DNA of 64,000 nt from Lepidodermella squamata. Lineage: Eukaryota > Animalia > Gastrotricha. Position 1 is the first letter of the stretch. Each line of letters begins with the position of its first letter. Below are positions 20,118-32,976 of the stretch, in pieces. The DNA lies in NCBI GenBank assembly GCA_047495785.1, contig JBLDXI010000031.1, positions 1,736,001 to 1,800,000 on the forward strand, read 5' to 3'. The notes below the pieces were generated by a model. The model saw only the letters and a list, made by a program, of their open reading frames with translations, ran no database searches and was not told where the DNA came from. A program made the translations under genes and the position numbers.

Positions 20118-23100
20118 TTAGACGTTGAGCTCGCACACGACGCAGCGGGAAACGAGGCGAGAATTGCGCTCGCTGAACCACGAATCGCCGCTCGGCGTAG
20201 AAGAAGAGGCTGCCGATGATGAACCGGATGCAGCATCAGTCTCCGCACTCGCCAACCAGTGCCTAACGAAAATGGAAAATAGAAAAAAATAAAAATCCTC
20301 CTTGAATTATATCAGCTTAGATAATTAGAGACTAGCTAATTAGCTAAATAATAAGCAAATTAAACATCATAATTCGAAGATTTTTGAAACAGTATTTATA
20401 AAATTAATTAATTATTTTATTCTATTTATTAATTAATTAAAATTGATCAATCGAAAAAACGTAACTAATTAGCGATAATTAATAAGCAATTAATTAATTT
20501 TCTTGGAGCTAATTTTTGGTGCTCAGCAAAATTAGAAAAAACTCACGTTGTGATGAGAGGAACGCGAGATGATTGCGATCGCGTTGCGGCGAATGGGAAC
20601 CGGCACAAATTGGCGATAGCCGACGGCAATTTCGCGGTGTGAGGCGTCGACGCGTTGAGGCCCGGCGGGCAGTCGAGCGCGGCGATGGGCTCGAACGAGC
20701 GCAGGCACGACTCGGGCGAGGCGAGGTCGCGCTTGACGATGCGGCTGCCACCGAGGCTGGCGCCGACGAACGAGTAGCCGTGCCACAGCTTCGTGAAGCC
20801 GGGCCGGCACGCCAGCTGGTTCGCCTCGACGCCGTGCTGTACGTAGAGCGGCGCCCGCGACAGACACACCGAGCAGCGCGAAATGTGCGCTCGTTGGAAC
20901 ACGTTCGCATCGCTCATGTTGTGCAGTTTGCCTGAATTGGAAAATAATTTCAAAGGAATCAAAATAGTTGGAAAGATATTTCCGAAACATAAAAGCTCCA
21001 ATTTCACTCAATTTTCACCCGAAAAGCATTCAATTGCGCACCTTAATTTTAGGGTTCCGGCAATAAATTTGAGACTCCAGAATTCCAAAAAAAAAGGATT
21101 TTTCCATTTCAAGTCGGCGCGGATCTTATTACTAAGCCTGTATAGATTCTACTAATTTCACTCCAAATATTCAACCTCAAACCCACAACTGTCTTTTCCA
21201 GATTTCATTTAGCTAGCTGGAACCCTAACATTTACTGGAACCCGTTCTGAATATCCGAATTTAAGATAAAAATTGAACGCTATAATTTGCCTCTAAAAAT
21301 GATAATATATTTCTCCATAAATCAAATGGCTACCTAAATTGAACTCAAGCGTGGCTGGGCTGGTTGAAACTCGTCTCGAGCCAGCTCCTCGGCCTCGACT
21401 CGCCAAAGTCGGCATCGGGTACGTCGCCTTTCCATTGGTATCAAAAGTAACCAGAACAGCCGCCTCCACAGCCTGGGACACGTAATCAGCAGCCAACAGC
21501 CAGGTGGAGTGCTCGACGACAGGCTGGCAGAATCGGCGAGGCGAATTCGCGACTCGCGAGTCGACGCACGACGCGGCCGATAAGATAGGCGCGAATGTTG
21601 GCGAACAGGTGGGTGCGTCACCTGAGGCCGTCGCCAACAGGCTGTAACCGGAAAGCAGCGGGGTGTGACCGGCTTTGCACCCAGGCGAAACTTGAGAGCC
21701 AACCTAGCAATTAAAAATTATTAATTAAATTAAAAAATCCATTTTAAATTAAAATCATGCGTTGAAAAGAGACATTTAATTAAAAATTAAATTGTAATTT
21801 TTTGAAATTCATGATTTGACCCGATTTTCAATATTCGATTCTTTCAACTACAACAAAATGATTCTTTAATTTTTTTACCTGGGAATGTTGTACGAACGAC
21901 TGGCCGGTGGCGCGGAGGACAAATTGCGCATCAGGTAACGGTTCCAGCGCGCAAACCGCGCACGCCTCAGCACCCAGTTGCGCCTCGGCGGGTGACTCAT
22001 CACCCGGCGCACAGTCATGGCCCGGCGGGCAATCGACCCGGGTAAGGACGGAAGCTCGTGGCAGGCAAGAGGCTGTTGCGGATTGGTCGGGTACCAACTG
22101 ACCTGGAACCAGGGCGTTCACAGCGCGACCGTCCCACAATTTAACATATCTAAAAAATATATGAACCAAATTACGTTTATACTCAAGTAAATGAAAAGAA
22201 AAATGAATTCAAATAAAAAAATTCAAAATGTTGAGAATTTTCAATTTTCCATATCGATTAAAATATTTTGTAATTTTTTTATTATTTTTTTGCGGTTAAA
22301 ATTTAATTATCAATTTTGTTAATTTCCGCATTGTATTTTTTCATTGATTGATCGAATTTTATTTTAATTTTATTACCTCATTTGTCGCTTCTCAGGCGCT
22401 GGGCAGTCCGCTCGACCGTGAAATACTTCGATAGGCCCCACCGATCGGCAAACTACGCAGCGTGACGGTGCGCTTGAACCAGTCAGCCATAACGCTCGCT
22501 GAGCAATCGATTTGTCTTGGTGCGCCCGCATCTGCGTAAAACTCGACGGCGCCTCTATCGCATTGGCGAAGGACACCAGGGTGCGCTTGGGCGGCTCCGC
22601 AAAGGGCACGCATGACCCGGCGCCCGAGGGTTCGTGCAGCAGCTCCGCGTTGGCATGGGCGTCGTCCAAGGTCACCCCGAGGTACGACCAGCCTCGCCAT
22701 AGCTCGACGTGGGACGGCTGGGCGCAGGAAGGCGCTGTGTTGTCGCGACGGAGCCGTTTAGTCGCGGCTCCCATGTCGTGCAGGACGTAGATCTGCGGCG
22801 TTGTGACGACGGTTTCTTGCTCCTCGGGTGTCGGACAGCGCTCGCATTGCCCGTTAGGGCCACGTGACCCATTGGCGCCCTTTGGACCGGGTTCGGTACC
22901 AGGAGGGCCCTGGTCACCCGCGTCACCCTTTTGCCCACGAGGGCCGGCACGCGAAGGAGCAGCCACCAGTTGAAACTCGCAATTAACGGAGTAATTTTGA
23001 CTAAATTTATTCAAAATTAAATTTAAAATTTCAATTAAGAAGCTAATTTTATTTTCTTCTAATTTTTCAAAATTGAATAAAAAATTGAAAAAAAAATCAA

Positions 23101-24523
23101 ATATTAAATCTCAATAAGAAATTAAATTGATCAAAACTTACGGTTGGCAAGGAACTGTAACATTCGCCGGGCACTGAATTTTGTCGCAGGAGCACATCCC
23201 AGCTGCTCCGGGGTCACCCTTAGCACCCTGGATCATGGGTGGCCGGGAGCCCGGGCGACCTCGAGCACCTTTAATGTAGTCGATCTCGTCAGCAGTGTTA
23301 GGCTGGCATTGGCCGGATTGCCCGTCGTCACCCCGAGGGCCCGTGAAGCCGCGCGGGCCAGGGCGACCTGGCGGGCCCATCTCGCCCTTGAACCCTTTCG
23401 GGCCGGGCACGAGACAGCTCGGTGTCTTCTTCGCATCTAAACAAGTTCCAAGATCACCCCTTTCTCCTTTCTCACCCTTAGGCACGTTTTCACCTTTGCC
23501 GTCTGAAAAAATTAAAATTTACATTAAGTTCAAGTGGTTAAAGCTTATCTACTCACGTCTTTGGTTTAGGGTGACATTGATGGTGATTTTTGAACCAGCT
23601 CGACCTGGTAGCCCGATTTGGCCCTTCTCACCACTGCCGCCAATACTGCCGGCGATACCTTTGATACCCTTCTCACCTGGTAAGAAAACAGGTTTACAGC
23701 ATTGATTTATTTACAAAAATGCCACTGACCTTCTTCGCCTTGAGGTCCAGGAATGCCAGCTTCTTGGCCGGGGGCTCCGATGGGGCCCAGGACACCCTTA
23801 GGTCCGATTGGTCCCTGCTCGCCGCGATCACCAATCTCACCCTGGGGCCCTGTCTCACCTTTCGGGCCAGTTTCACCCTGATCACCTTTCTGACCTTTAC
23901 AGCCTTGGCGCCCAGCGTCACCCGGATCACCCTGGGCGCCGCGGTCACCCTTTTCGCCAGGAGCTCCACGATCATCAGCGCCACGGTCTCCACGCGGGCC
24001 AGTCGCGCCCTTCTCACCCTTATCACCTCGTTGACCCTTCAAGCAAAAAAATAGGTCAAAGGTCATAATTAGAGGTCAATTAACTCACCTGTTCACCCGG
24101 AGGTCCTTGGGCGCCATCAACACCCCGCACACCTTTTTCGCCCTTTTCACCGGGTAGACCATCGTAGCCGGGTACTCCTTTAGGTCCAACGGGTCCTTTC
24201 ACACCCTGGGCGCCCTTCTCGAGGGTGGGCCGTTCAGCGTCGCACGTCTCCCAGCACTTGGCGACAAACCCACACGTGCTTTTCGCATAATCAGCCTCGT
24301 CGATGTAATCGTATTCGACCGTTTCATTGCCAGCGCCACTGCCGGCGATGCTGTCCTGCTGGCGGACCCGGCGCACCCGAATAGGCGCCCGGAGAAACGC
24401 GAAATCCGCACCACTCGCCGCACCAAACAGCGACGAGCCATGCGACGTGAAGCAGTCAAGCGAATCGATTGCGACAATAATAAGTATTGCTAAATAAGTG
24501 AAATAGGACATGTTGCTCCTCAT
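20118..24523 (-). CDS. Short-chain collagen IV-related (spongin-like) protein with four C4/NC1 subdomains, ~1005 aa
   Basis: Nine frame-consistent exons: 24089-24523, 23730-24036, 23557-23676, 23142-23502, 22377-23000, 21879-22149, 21334-21703, 20547-20931 and 20118-20262. Signal peptide, ~90 interrupted Gly-X-Y triplets, then C4 motifs (LWRGWSYL..GSC..RCVVC; KLWDG..SCL..CAVC; LLSGYSLL..ISRCSVC; KLWHGYSF..SCLRSF..VSRCVVC). Confidence 0.85.
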
Positions 24524-25171
24524 TTTCGAAGCCGCGTCTCGGTGTTTCGGTTCGGTGCGCGCGGCCGAGCGGGCGCATGTGCGCGGTTTTATTGCCCATT
24601 TGCGCGTGACGTTTTGACGCGCGCGCGGCCATAAATCGGCGCGTTTATTGGCGCCGACGGGCGATTTATAGCGCCCACTCGGTCGTTAATTAACTGCGCG
24701 CGGCTACCAGGCCGCGTTTTATTGCGGTTACCGCGAGCAGGCAAGCAGATCGCATGCTGGCTACGCACTTGTTGCTTGCTGCCAAGTTGCTGCGCTTTTT
24801 CTTCGGGAGATGATTACACTGATTCGCGGTTGTTTTATGGCTGGCTGTATGGCTGTAGCATGAAACCGGCGTGCCAGTAATTTTATTTGTTAAGAAATAA
24901 TTCTTCTAAAAAGACCTGGAAAAAATAATTGAAGTGTGAAATGAACAAAAAATATTCAAAATTTCTTAATTTTTCATATTTTAGCGGGAAATTTGGAAGT
25001 TAATGAAAACATTGATTTGCCTGAAAATTAATAAATTAATTATTGAATCGATTATTAAATGCTGCAATAATTAATTAATTAATCCATTATTCAAACTAAT
25101 TAAAAAAAATAATCAAAATTTTTGGAAAATTGAGATGCACATGTTTTGAGTGGTTTTGTTTTATTTGTTTT

Positions 25172-25209
25172 ACGGGTGTGGCGCGAACGCCGATACCCAA
25201 GTGAAATAT
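25172..25209 (-). ncRNA. RNU1: U1 snRNA, 3' fragment (Sm-site region plus stem-loop IV)
   Basis: Minus strand ATATTTCACTTGGGTATCGGCGTTCGCGCCACACCCGT contains the U1 stem IV GCGUUCGCGC hairpin. It continues the U1 5' part found beyond the far end of the transposon. Confidence 0.8.
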
Positions 25210-25383
25210 GCCGTTTGATTATTCTGGAGGAGACGTTAGCATGGAAAGCAGTGCGCCCAGAAAGCAGCTGCTTTCCATGCAGTAAGCCGTAATGAGCGTA
25301 TGCGTGGAAAACACTGCTTTCCAGGCAATTTGCCTGCTACGCACTAGCACTGCGCTCTAGGCACTGCTTTCCAAGCAAATTTC
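25210..25383 (+). repeat. Left TIR of MULE
   Basis: Near-perfect reverse complement of 32803-32976; built from repeated GGAAAGCAG/CTGCTTTCC motifs. Confidence 0.9.
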
Positions 25384-25862
25384 TCTCGGAGTGCTTAGAA
25401 TGCATTCTTGGCTCATTTCGCGTAGTTTTGCAGTTTGAGAATTACTGTTTCTGATGTTTGGGACACTTTTCAGTTATTTGTCTAATTTTCGTACTCACAC
25501 GCTTTACTCTGGGCGATAGTATTTTTGAATTATGCTATTAAATTATTATTCGAGTACATAATAGTTTGATAAGGGTGTCACGTGTGTATCCGGTACAAGG
25601 GCGGGTCGCGTGGCGATTCCTTTCGCATCAGCTGTGCAGCATACTTGTGTGGCGCGACAGTCTTGTGGTGCGGAAGCCATACCATAAAACACAGTTATAA
25701 ACCAAAGTATACCTGGAACTACGCTGTCTTGTATTCCCTGTATGAGAACTGTTTGCCAAGTTTGAACCGCAACTCTGTACATTGTAAACGTTTATTCTCT
25801 TTTAATCCATAGGCTTTCAGTTATTCGCTTTTGTAAGCTTATTATTGAGTTGTTTTCTATCA

Positions 25863-28800
25863 ATGAGTCTCTTCGACGAGATTCGTCGTATGAACAAGAA
25901 AGTCATAAAAAAGGATGACATTATCCTCGCTATGCCGCCAGTTTTTCATGGCGATTTGCTTCTGTTTGCTGCGGACTATTTGAAAAAATTGGAGAAGGTA
26001 TGCATTGGTACATTTTACTTCCAGTCATATCTGTTTGCTATCTTATCTTATAGGAGGAAAAACAGATTTATTCCCACCCTAAGGACCACCTGTATTTCGA
26101 CGAAGGAGAGGGGGGTGCTTTGAGAGCCGTTTCTTTCCAGTTGGTTGTTGATTTTGCGGTTAATTTAATTGCAAACATTTTTGTTCATCCCTAGCTGTGC
26201 TGCGGGTTTCTCCGATGAGGCGACGATTAACCCCCGAACCCAGCTAGGTTGCAAAGCCTTCAAGCGCTTCGTCTTGGTGAAGACAGCGCAGGAGTATTTT
26301 GTGGCTATTCGTTCCGGGCCTCAGCCTCACAATCATGGCGACAACCTGAATAACCAGGAAAGTGTGATTCGTCACCTGCGCCACGATCAGGAAACTCTCA
26401 GGGCAGTAGAAGATCTGGTATCTACGAAGCTCTCAGCCACTGAGATTTCGAAGAGATCCTGTGAAGCTGCTGTCCTGGAGAAGAACTCCATTGCCGATCG
26501 TCGCAAATGCCTTGATCAACTCGACGTATACTCGTTCAAAAGACGAATTATGTCGTTGAAAGGTGCGCGGTAAGTGATTTTTATTTACCATGGTATCAAT
26601 CAGGGACTACTTGTATGTTACAATTGATAATAGCCTGGACAAAGTTGAATTCCACAGTGTGGAAAAGCTGGTGGAAGCCGACAGAGGGAAGCAGGTTCAA
26701 GAAGTCATTCATTACACTCCCGGCGATTCTCCGTCCGGTTTTGTCTTGGCAATGATGACGCCTCTCCAGCAAGCTCTCGTTGCCAAAAATGAGATTTACG
26801 AAACTGGATTTCTGGACGCGACTTTCAAGGGCGTAACAAAGCATAATTACGCTCTCTATGCCATCGCCGCCGTTCAGAAAGGAGTCGAAAAATCTTTGCC
26901 GCTTGCGTTTGCCATCTTGGAACATGACGATGAGGCCAGCTTACGCCTATTTCTCACAGCGCTTCGCGACAAATGCATCAGTCTTAATCCTGCGTTCAAG
27001 TTTAGGCATGCCTTATCTCACTATCTTTTCAGTCAAGAATTACTGGGGTATTTTTCAGGACGATTGTCATCGATAAAGACCAGAAGGAGATCTCGCTAAT
27101 CAAAGAAATTTTTGATTGTTGCGTTGTCCTGTGCTACTTCCATCTGCTTCAGGTAATTGCTCGAATACTTAAATAGGATTTTTACAATGTGGCTGTATTA
27201 TAGGCTGTAATTAGATGGCTTCATGGCGAAAAATCTGGTTGTTCCGGTCGCTCTGAGAAGGCCAAGGCGGAGCGTTGCGCTGTAATAGACCTGATAGAGA
27301 CCATTCGAGCGTCTGGCAACTACGAAGAAGTGCAGGAAAAGTGGCGAGAAGGCAGCCCGAATCTGTCGCCAAAAGTCCGCACGTATCTTTGGGAATTTTG
27401 GGTTCAGGAGAAATATGCTGTGTTGTGGTGTCGCTATGCGCTCAAAAATTACCATCTTGACCAGGCTACCAATAACATTATTGAGGTGTAATTACTGATT
27501 TCGACTAAAACGACTTTATTATGTTTTCTTTTTTTTATTACGGTAGAACTTCTGGTTTTGCCTAAAATACACTTTCTTGAAGGTTTGTCAAGCTAGCTAT
27601 ACATCATTTTATTCATTTCTGTTATCTTGTATTATTTCAGGGTTCTTATAACCGCCGGATAGACGATTTGGTATTTTTGCTTTCTAACGAGGTCATGTCA
27701 TATTACGCGCATCTAATGAACCTCGATGCCCACGGTCGAAAAATCTTGAAGCTGAAGCATAAGCCGGAGCAGTTGGCTACGAAGCAAGCTGACAACGACC
27801 GTTTCTGCTCTACGGTCGTCTGGGGCGATGAACTCGTTACCGTACCGTCGTTCACGCCCAACGAATTCGACATCAAGTACGAGGTGAACCCGGCAGAGCA
27901 ACGGTGTTCATGTGTCTACAGTATTCACGGAAATATATGCAAGCATTTGCATTTCGTGCGCAAGTTGAATCCGGATAAGGTAAGACTTGGTTATTTTCTT
28001 CTATAATGTTAATAAAATAATGTTAATTTTGCGTGCGGTTCATTCAGATATCCGTTTACCGTGATCGTCTTACGAAGTCAATTGTCGACGAAGGCCTCTG
28101 CGACAAGTTGGGCGATGAGCTACGAGTGATGAGCCCAATTAGCCATCACGTCAGCCTGGTCGACCTGAAGACGATGAGATGCGACTGCATGGCGTCGAGT
28201 TATGCGCCGGATAAGGAACTTTGTTGTTGTGTTATGGCCGCTCGCCAGCTATTCCCAGGTATATTATTAAACAGTTATTCGATTTGCTGTTTTGTCATTT
28301 CATATGATTCAATTTTCAGTTGAAGCTGAGGCTGCTGACCAACTGCTAGTTCAAGCTCGTTCCACTGCGCCTAGTGTGAAAGATGCGGTTGCGGCATTTT
28401 CAAGCAACAAGGTTGCTCCGGCAACCAAAATGCCTGCAACGACACGTAACGCTCATTTCTCAAAAACCGGAATAAAGCGCTCTGCTCCTATCGACCCGAA
28501 CGAGCCAAGCTCAAGCGGCGATCATCTTGCTGATCACTGCACGAGTGCTGACCCCCTTGCTGATCATAGAGTGAAGAAATTCAGAAGCTCTAAAAGAGGA
28601 AGACAAACTCACAACGTGATGGCGAATTTCAGACGCCAAAACTGTCCCTCTGATGTGCCGGCTGATGTTGCCGCGCGACTTGCGTCAACGTCAAATGCAC
28701 AGGAACCGGTATGTACTCCCGCCTCGCGCCTCGTTGGCCTGAGTCTACCCGGTCTGCGCTTTCCTCGCCCGCCGCTCGCTGGAACCGGTCTGCGTATTCC

Positions 28801-29044
28801 TGGCCCGCTGCTCGCTGGAACCGGTCTGCGTATTCCTGGCCCGCTGCTCGCTGGAACCGGTCTGCGTATTCCTGGCCCGCTGCTCGCTGGAACCGGTCTG
28901 CGTATTCCTGGCCCGCTGCTCGCTGGAACCGGTCTGCGTATTCCACGCCCGCCGCTCCCTGGTGCTGGAATAGCGGTTGTTAGCCCTTCCGGTGTGGTGA
29001 TTTTGCGCCCTCCGGGCGCGGCTAATCCAGACAATATCAACTAA
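25863..29044 (+). CDS. MULE transposase, 10 exons, ~882 aa
   Basis: Exons 25863-25997, 26054-26139, 26195-26569, 26634-26999, 27059-27152, 27204-27485, 27547-27582, 27641-27979, 28048-28258 and 28320-29044 join without stops. N-terminal C..C..HNH finger, FLDATFK (D1), IVIDKD (D2), LCYFH (CxxH), TNNIIE (E), SWIM CSC..ICKH. Confidence 0.88.
28751..28966 (+). repeat. 36-bp coding minisatellite x6 (GLRIPGPLLAGT)
   Basis: Four identical GGTCTGCGTATTCCTGGCCCGCTGCTCGCTGGAACC units flanked by two diverged units, in the last transposase exon. Confidence 0.95.
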
Positions 29045-29830
29045 ACTTTCGCTATTAGCTCTCCGCTTAATCCTTTGTGTTTGCTCAACATCCGGCTTCT
29101 TGCATCCGCATGTGTGCGCATTGTGCGCGATGAGTGCCACTTCTTACACACTCATTAGCGATGACCGCGCGGAATTCATACTCATAGTTGACTCGAGTAT
29201 AATTGAAACGATGAATGCCTCTTTCAACTTCGACACTGTTTTTCGGTTGTAAAATGTCTTTCTATTTTGCCGCATCGTGCGTGGAAATTGTTTACTATTG
29301 TGAACAAATTGCGGCTCGAGCCCGGTTATGGTGATTAATTGATCAATAATTAAATTGTGATAACAGATAATTGCAATTCAGGCGTAATAAATTGCGGTTT
29401 TCTTGCATCCTTGTGTGACATGTCTCATACCTTACACACGTGATATGCAAATTCGTTTTTTTTTAAAGTGAAAATGATACCAAGCTTGATGAATAAACAT
29501 TCCGTTTTCAGTACACTTGTGGTTTTTTTACATAAATGACCCGATGTTCATGTTTATGGAAATATCACAGCTGACGTTTCACGCTACCCAAGTGCGTCAT
29601 CCACTTGAGAGCGCGCTTCTTTTAGCGGCGGGACCAGCTCCTTATGTCGACTGGTTAATAGCAAGGCGTACAGCCTCTCATGTCAGGTGTGGGTAGCTTA
29701 CCGACAAAGCGGCCTAACAGGTGTCGAAACCATGCCGATTTCAGAGTCCAAAACACGAAAACAAATTCGTATCGCATTTATTTTGCAATTTTGTAATTCA
29801 CATTAAAAGTCATCATCATTATTCATCCTT

Positions 29831-31588
29831 ATGGCTGACCGCAGGAAGGACGTTGAATGTCCCGACCTTGTCGACTCTCTTCTTCTTTTTCTGTCGCCGA
29901 ACAATGGCCTGCTACGCACTTGGTCAGGACTTGCCAAACTGACATTCAAGTCGAACGCGACCACCAAGGCTGTGATTCGAGCGGCCTATTCAGGCGACTC
30001 ACGTTACTACGTGCTGCTGAACGCAATCAGGTTGGCTGAGAAGAAAACTGCAAAGGAGCGCGACGACGGCTATTTCACCACCGTTACCCGAGAAGACGCT
30101 GTTAAGCCGATCAAGGTGATTGAAAGCGCTCTGAGGCTTCGCGTTCCGCTCATCAAACGCATCGATCTTCAACTGCCCAGCTTTTGCGATGATCCGCGCA
30201 TGTTCAACCTGACCGCAGAACAAACAAGGTTAGTAATATAGAAGTATACGTTTTTACAATTTTTAGGCTATTTTTGGCTATTTTTGGCGTATGTACAGCG
30301 TCTCCCAAAAATTGCGAAAATTTTTTTAGTTTAGGTTGCTTTTAGATGGTAACTCGCTCGGTAATTTTCGGTATTTTACCCGGTTGGGCCAAATTCCTCC
30401 GGACCTTTTTAATCCCGTAAACCCGTTAGTGGCATACTTAATTATATTCTCGTGATTTTTGGATATTTTTATAAAATTTCTGGCCGTAAGATGGGACTTC
30501 GTCTCTCATTTATGAGTTTCTGAAGCCTTTTCCGTGCATTTTCTCCGCTTGCTGTACATGTAAACTGTAGTTCCTCTTTAGCGCAAAACGAAACCTCAGA
30601 AATTTTAATAAGGTCCCTCCAATTAAGATAATTTGCCTCGTTATATTTTCAACAGAGAGTTCCTGAAATCTTTCAAGGTTCTGATCAGTCGCGGCCTACC
30701 GTCTGACGAAGTGACCAAGGGGGCTTCTAGCGTAGCGTTGCTCGTCGCCATCGATTTCATCGACAGGTCTATTGCCAGCATGTTGAACGAGCCAACGGCC
30801 ATGTTGAACGAGTCCGTCGCGGTGTACGACAAGCTGGCGACCGAATTCATCGCGAAAAACAAACATCTTCTTCGCCCGAATTTGCCAATCATTCAGGGCA
30901 AGGTCAAAGTGAAGCCGCAGGCCATCGAAGAGGCTATGGCGAGCCCAGATGAAGAAATCGAATTCGATCGCCCAGGCTCAAGCGCGTCGAGCATCTCGCT
31001 TTCTTCGTTTTCCGAATCGAGCCATTCCGTTTTAGACCTGGAAGACGATGTCGATGTACTGAACCAACTGGCCGGCAATTCCGCTGACCAAACGATCGTC
31101 GCTGCTCCTCCTAATGAACGACCAGACAGCAGCGTCAGTAATGCCTCGCGAAAACGCCAACTGTCATCAGCCACGACCTCTTCAACCTTGCCGTCTTCGT
31201 CTTCTTCTACACCAATTGACAACGAGCCAGTCATACCTGAAACTGCAAGCGACGCTTCAGAATCTAAAAAGGTAATATCCATCAACTGTGTTGCAGCTTT
31301 TCCTAAATGATTACCTTACTTACCTAGATTCGAGTGGACGAGACGAAGCTGTGGCGGCACATCTTCACGCCGAATCCACAAGACCATCGCTTTCTCGACT
31401 TGACGCACCAATTCCCGCTCAATTGGCCGGCCGAAAATGTGCAGCTGCCACCCGAAGTCCAGGCTTTCAGCGACATGGTCTCGAATGGCGCGCAACCTGA
31501 ACACGCAGCAATGCTCTGTTATAGAGGTTCTGAATTCTCTTGTGAAATCATTCACCATACAATTGATGCAATTGAAATAACTGTTTGA
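29831..31588 (+). CDS. MULE accessory gene of unknown function, ~424 aa
   Basis: Exons 29831-30228, 30656-31271 and 31328-31588 join in frame via GT-AG introns. It lies between the transposase and the right TIR and has an acidic/Ser-rich middle region; no family recognised. Confidence 0.65.
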
Positions 31589-32802
31589 ACAACTAATCGA
31601 TTATCATTCGCTATTTCTTGTTTTCGATAGTTTCCGCTATCTTGCTTGGTTAATTAATTGATAGCTTGTGTTACGATGAATTTGTAGTTGAGACAGCATT
31701 GCAGTTTGCTAATTGACAGGCTTGAGCGCTCAATTTTATAATAAAACGTTTCCAATCAGCATATTTCTTTTCCGTCGCTCTATAAAGGAGCCCTAAAAAG
31801 GCAGAATTCGTAACACGAAACATTTAGACAGACAGAAAGACTGTGAGAGGTAACAGAAAAGTTGAACTCAACTTGTTTGATGATTTTACGATGGGCGTCT
31901 AATCGAGACGAATCACACATTGGTGGTGAGGCGCCCCGACCGTTTTTAATTGCTAAACGTCGCGAGACAAATTGTAAAATAAATCAGTATATCAGGGTGT
32001 CAGTTTACACCAGCTGTCTGATGACGTGGGACACCTCGATGTTTGCACGAGTGCGGTGACATTACTTCAATTAACCAGCCCAAGACGAGCTGGTCTCTTG
32101 TCTGTTAGTTGCATGTCGCAACTGTTTTTTGATTCCAGTGTAAAAAACTTCTAATCCTGCCTTCTATGATAGGATAAAGGTCGGAGAAAGTCGAAAATTT
32201 CAATTATTTCAATCTTGGATGGGATAAAATCAAGATTAAAAAAAATTGCTACCCTGTTGGATTCGCACTTCCATAGAACGCGCGCCGATGTGCGCGACCA
32301 GGATCAGGATCAGGAATTACGATTTCTCCTCGCCCTGACGGACTCAAGCTTTCGCCATACGGCGGAGCTGGTGAGACAATTGCGACCTCACGCTCCAGGA
32401 CAGTTTGGTCTGGTTTACGGTTTACTGACTACTTAATGAATTTCCTACCCCTGGTACCCCAGTTACTGCTGACTGTTTCTCCAGGGCCAAGGCATTAGTG
32501 CCCAGTAAATGTTCACTTGTTTCACGGTGGCAAATGGCAAAAATACGCGATCCTCCTGAAGTAATGCGTTACTCAAAAAAAAAGAAAAGTAATTTGCTAT
32601 TTTTTGGCTTAAGTAACGCCTAAACACCTAATAATCACTTGATGGATGACCTAACGGCTAAGCATGGGGTCAAGGTCTAAAGAAAATAACAGTCATAATG
32701 AAGCGTTTGAAAAACCTCACAAATGGTGTTTCAATAATATAACTATATTTTGGAATGTAAACCAACAGAATGGCGGTAAAACGCTTAGAAAGCAGCGCTG
32801 GC

Positions 32803-32976
32803 GAAATTTGCTTGGAAAGCAGTGCCCGGAGAGCAAAGTGTGTGCGTAGCAGGCAAATTGCCTGGAAAGCAGTGTTTTCCACGCATACGCTCATTACGGC
32901 TTACTGCATGGAAAGCAGCTGCTTTCTGGGCGCACTGCTTTCTATGCTAACTTCTCCTCCAGAATAATCAAACAGC
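32803..32976 (-). repeat. Right TIR of MULE
   Basis: Inverted copy of 25210-25383, followed by the TSD TGAAATAT. Confidence 0.9.

Larger units (their letters stand above)
25210..32976 (+). mobile_element. Mutator-like (MULE) DNA transposon, 7767 bp, apparently autonomous
   Basis: ~174-bp terminal inverted repeats (25210-25383 and 32803-32976), 8-bp TSD TGAAATAT (25202-25209 and 32977-32984), and an internal DDE transposase with SWIM finger. Confidence 0.92.

Noticed and set aside
27000-27058. Possible GC-AG intron in the transposase (donor at 27006)
   Set aside because: A same-phase GT donor at 27000 explains the junction.
28751-28966. 36-bp direct repeats of CRISPR-like length
   Set aside because: Head-to-tail with no spacers, in frame within a eukaryotic transposase exon.
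25210-32976. Classification as a Dada transposon because it sits in U1
   Set aside because: Long TIRs, an 8-bp TSD, a SWIM finger and the FLDATF/CYFH/TNNxxE motifs fit MULE.
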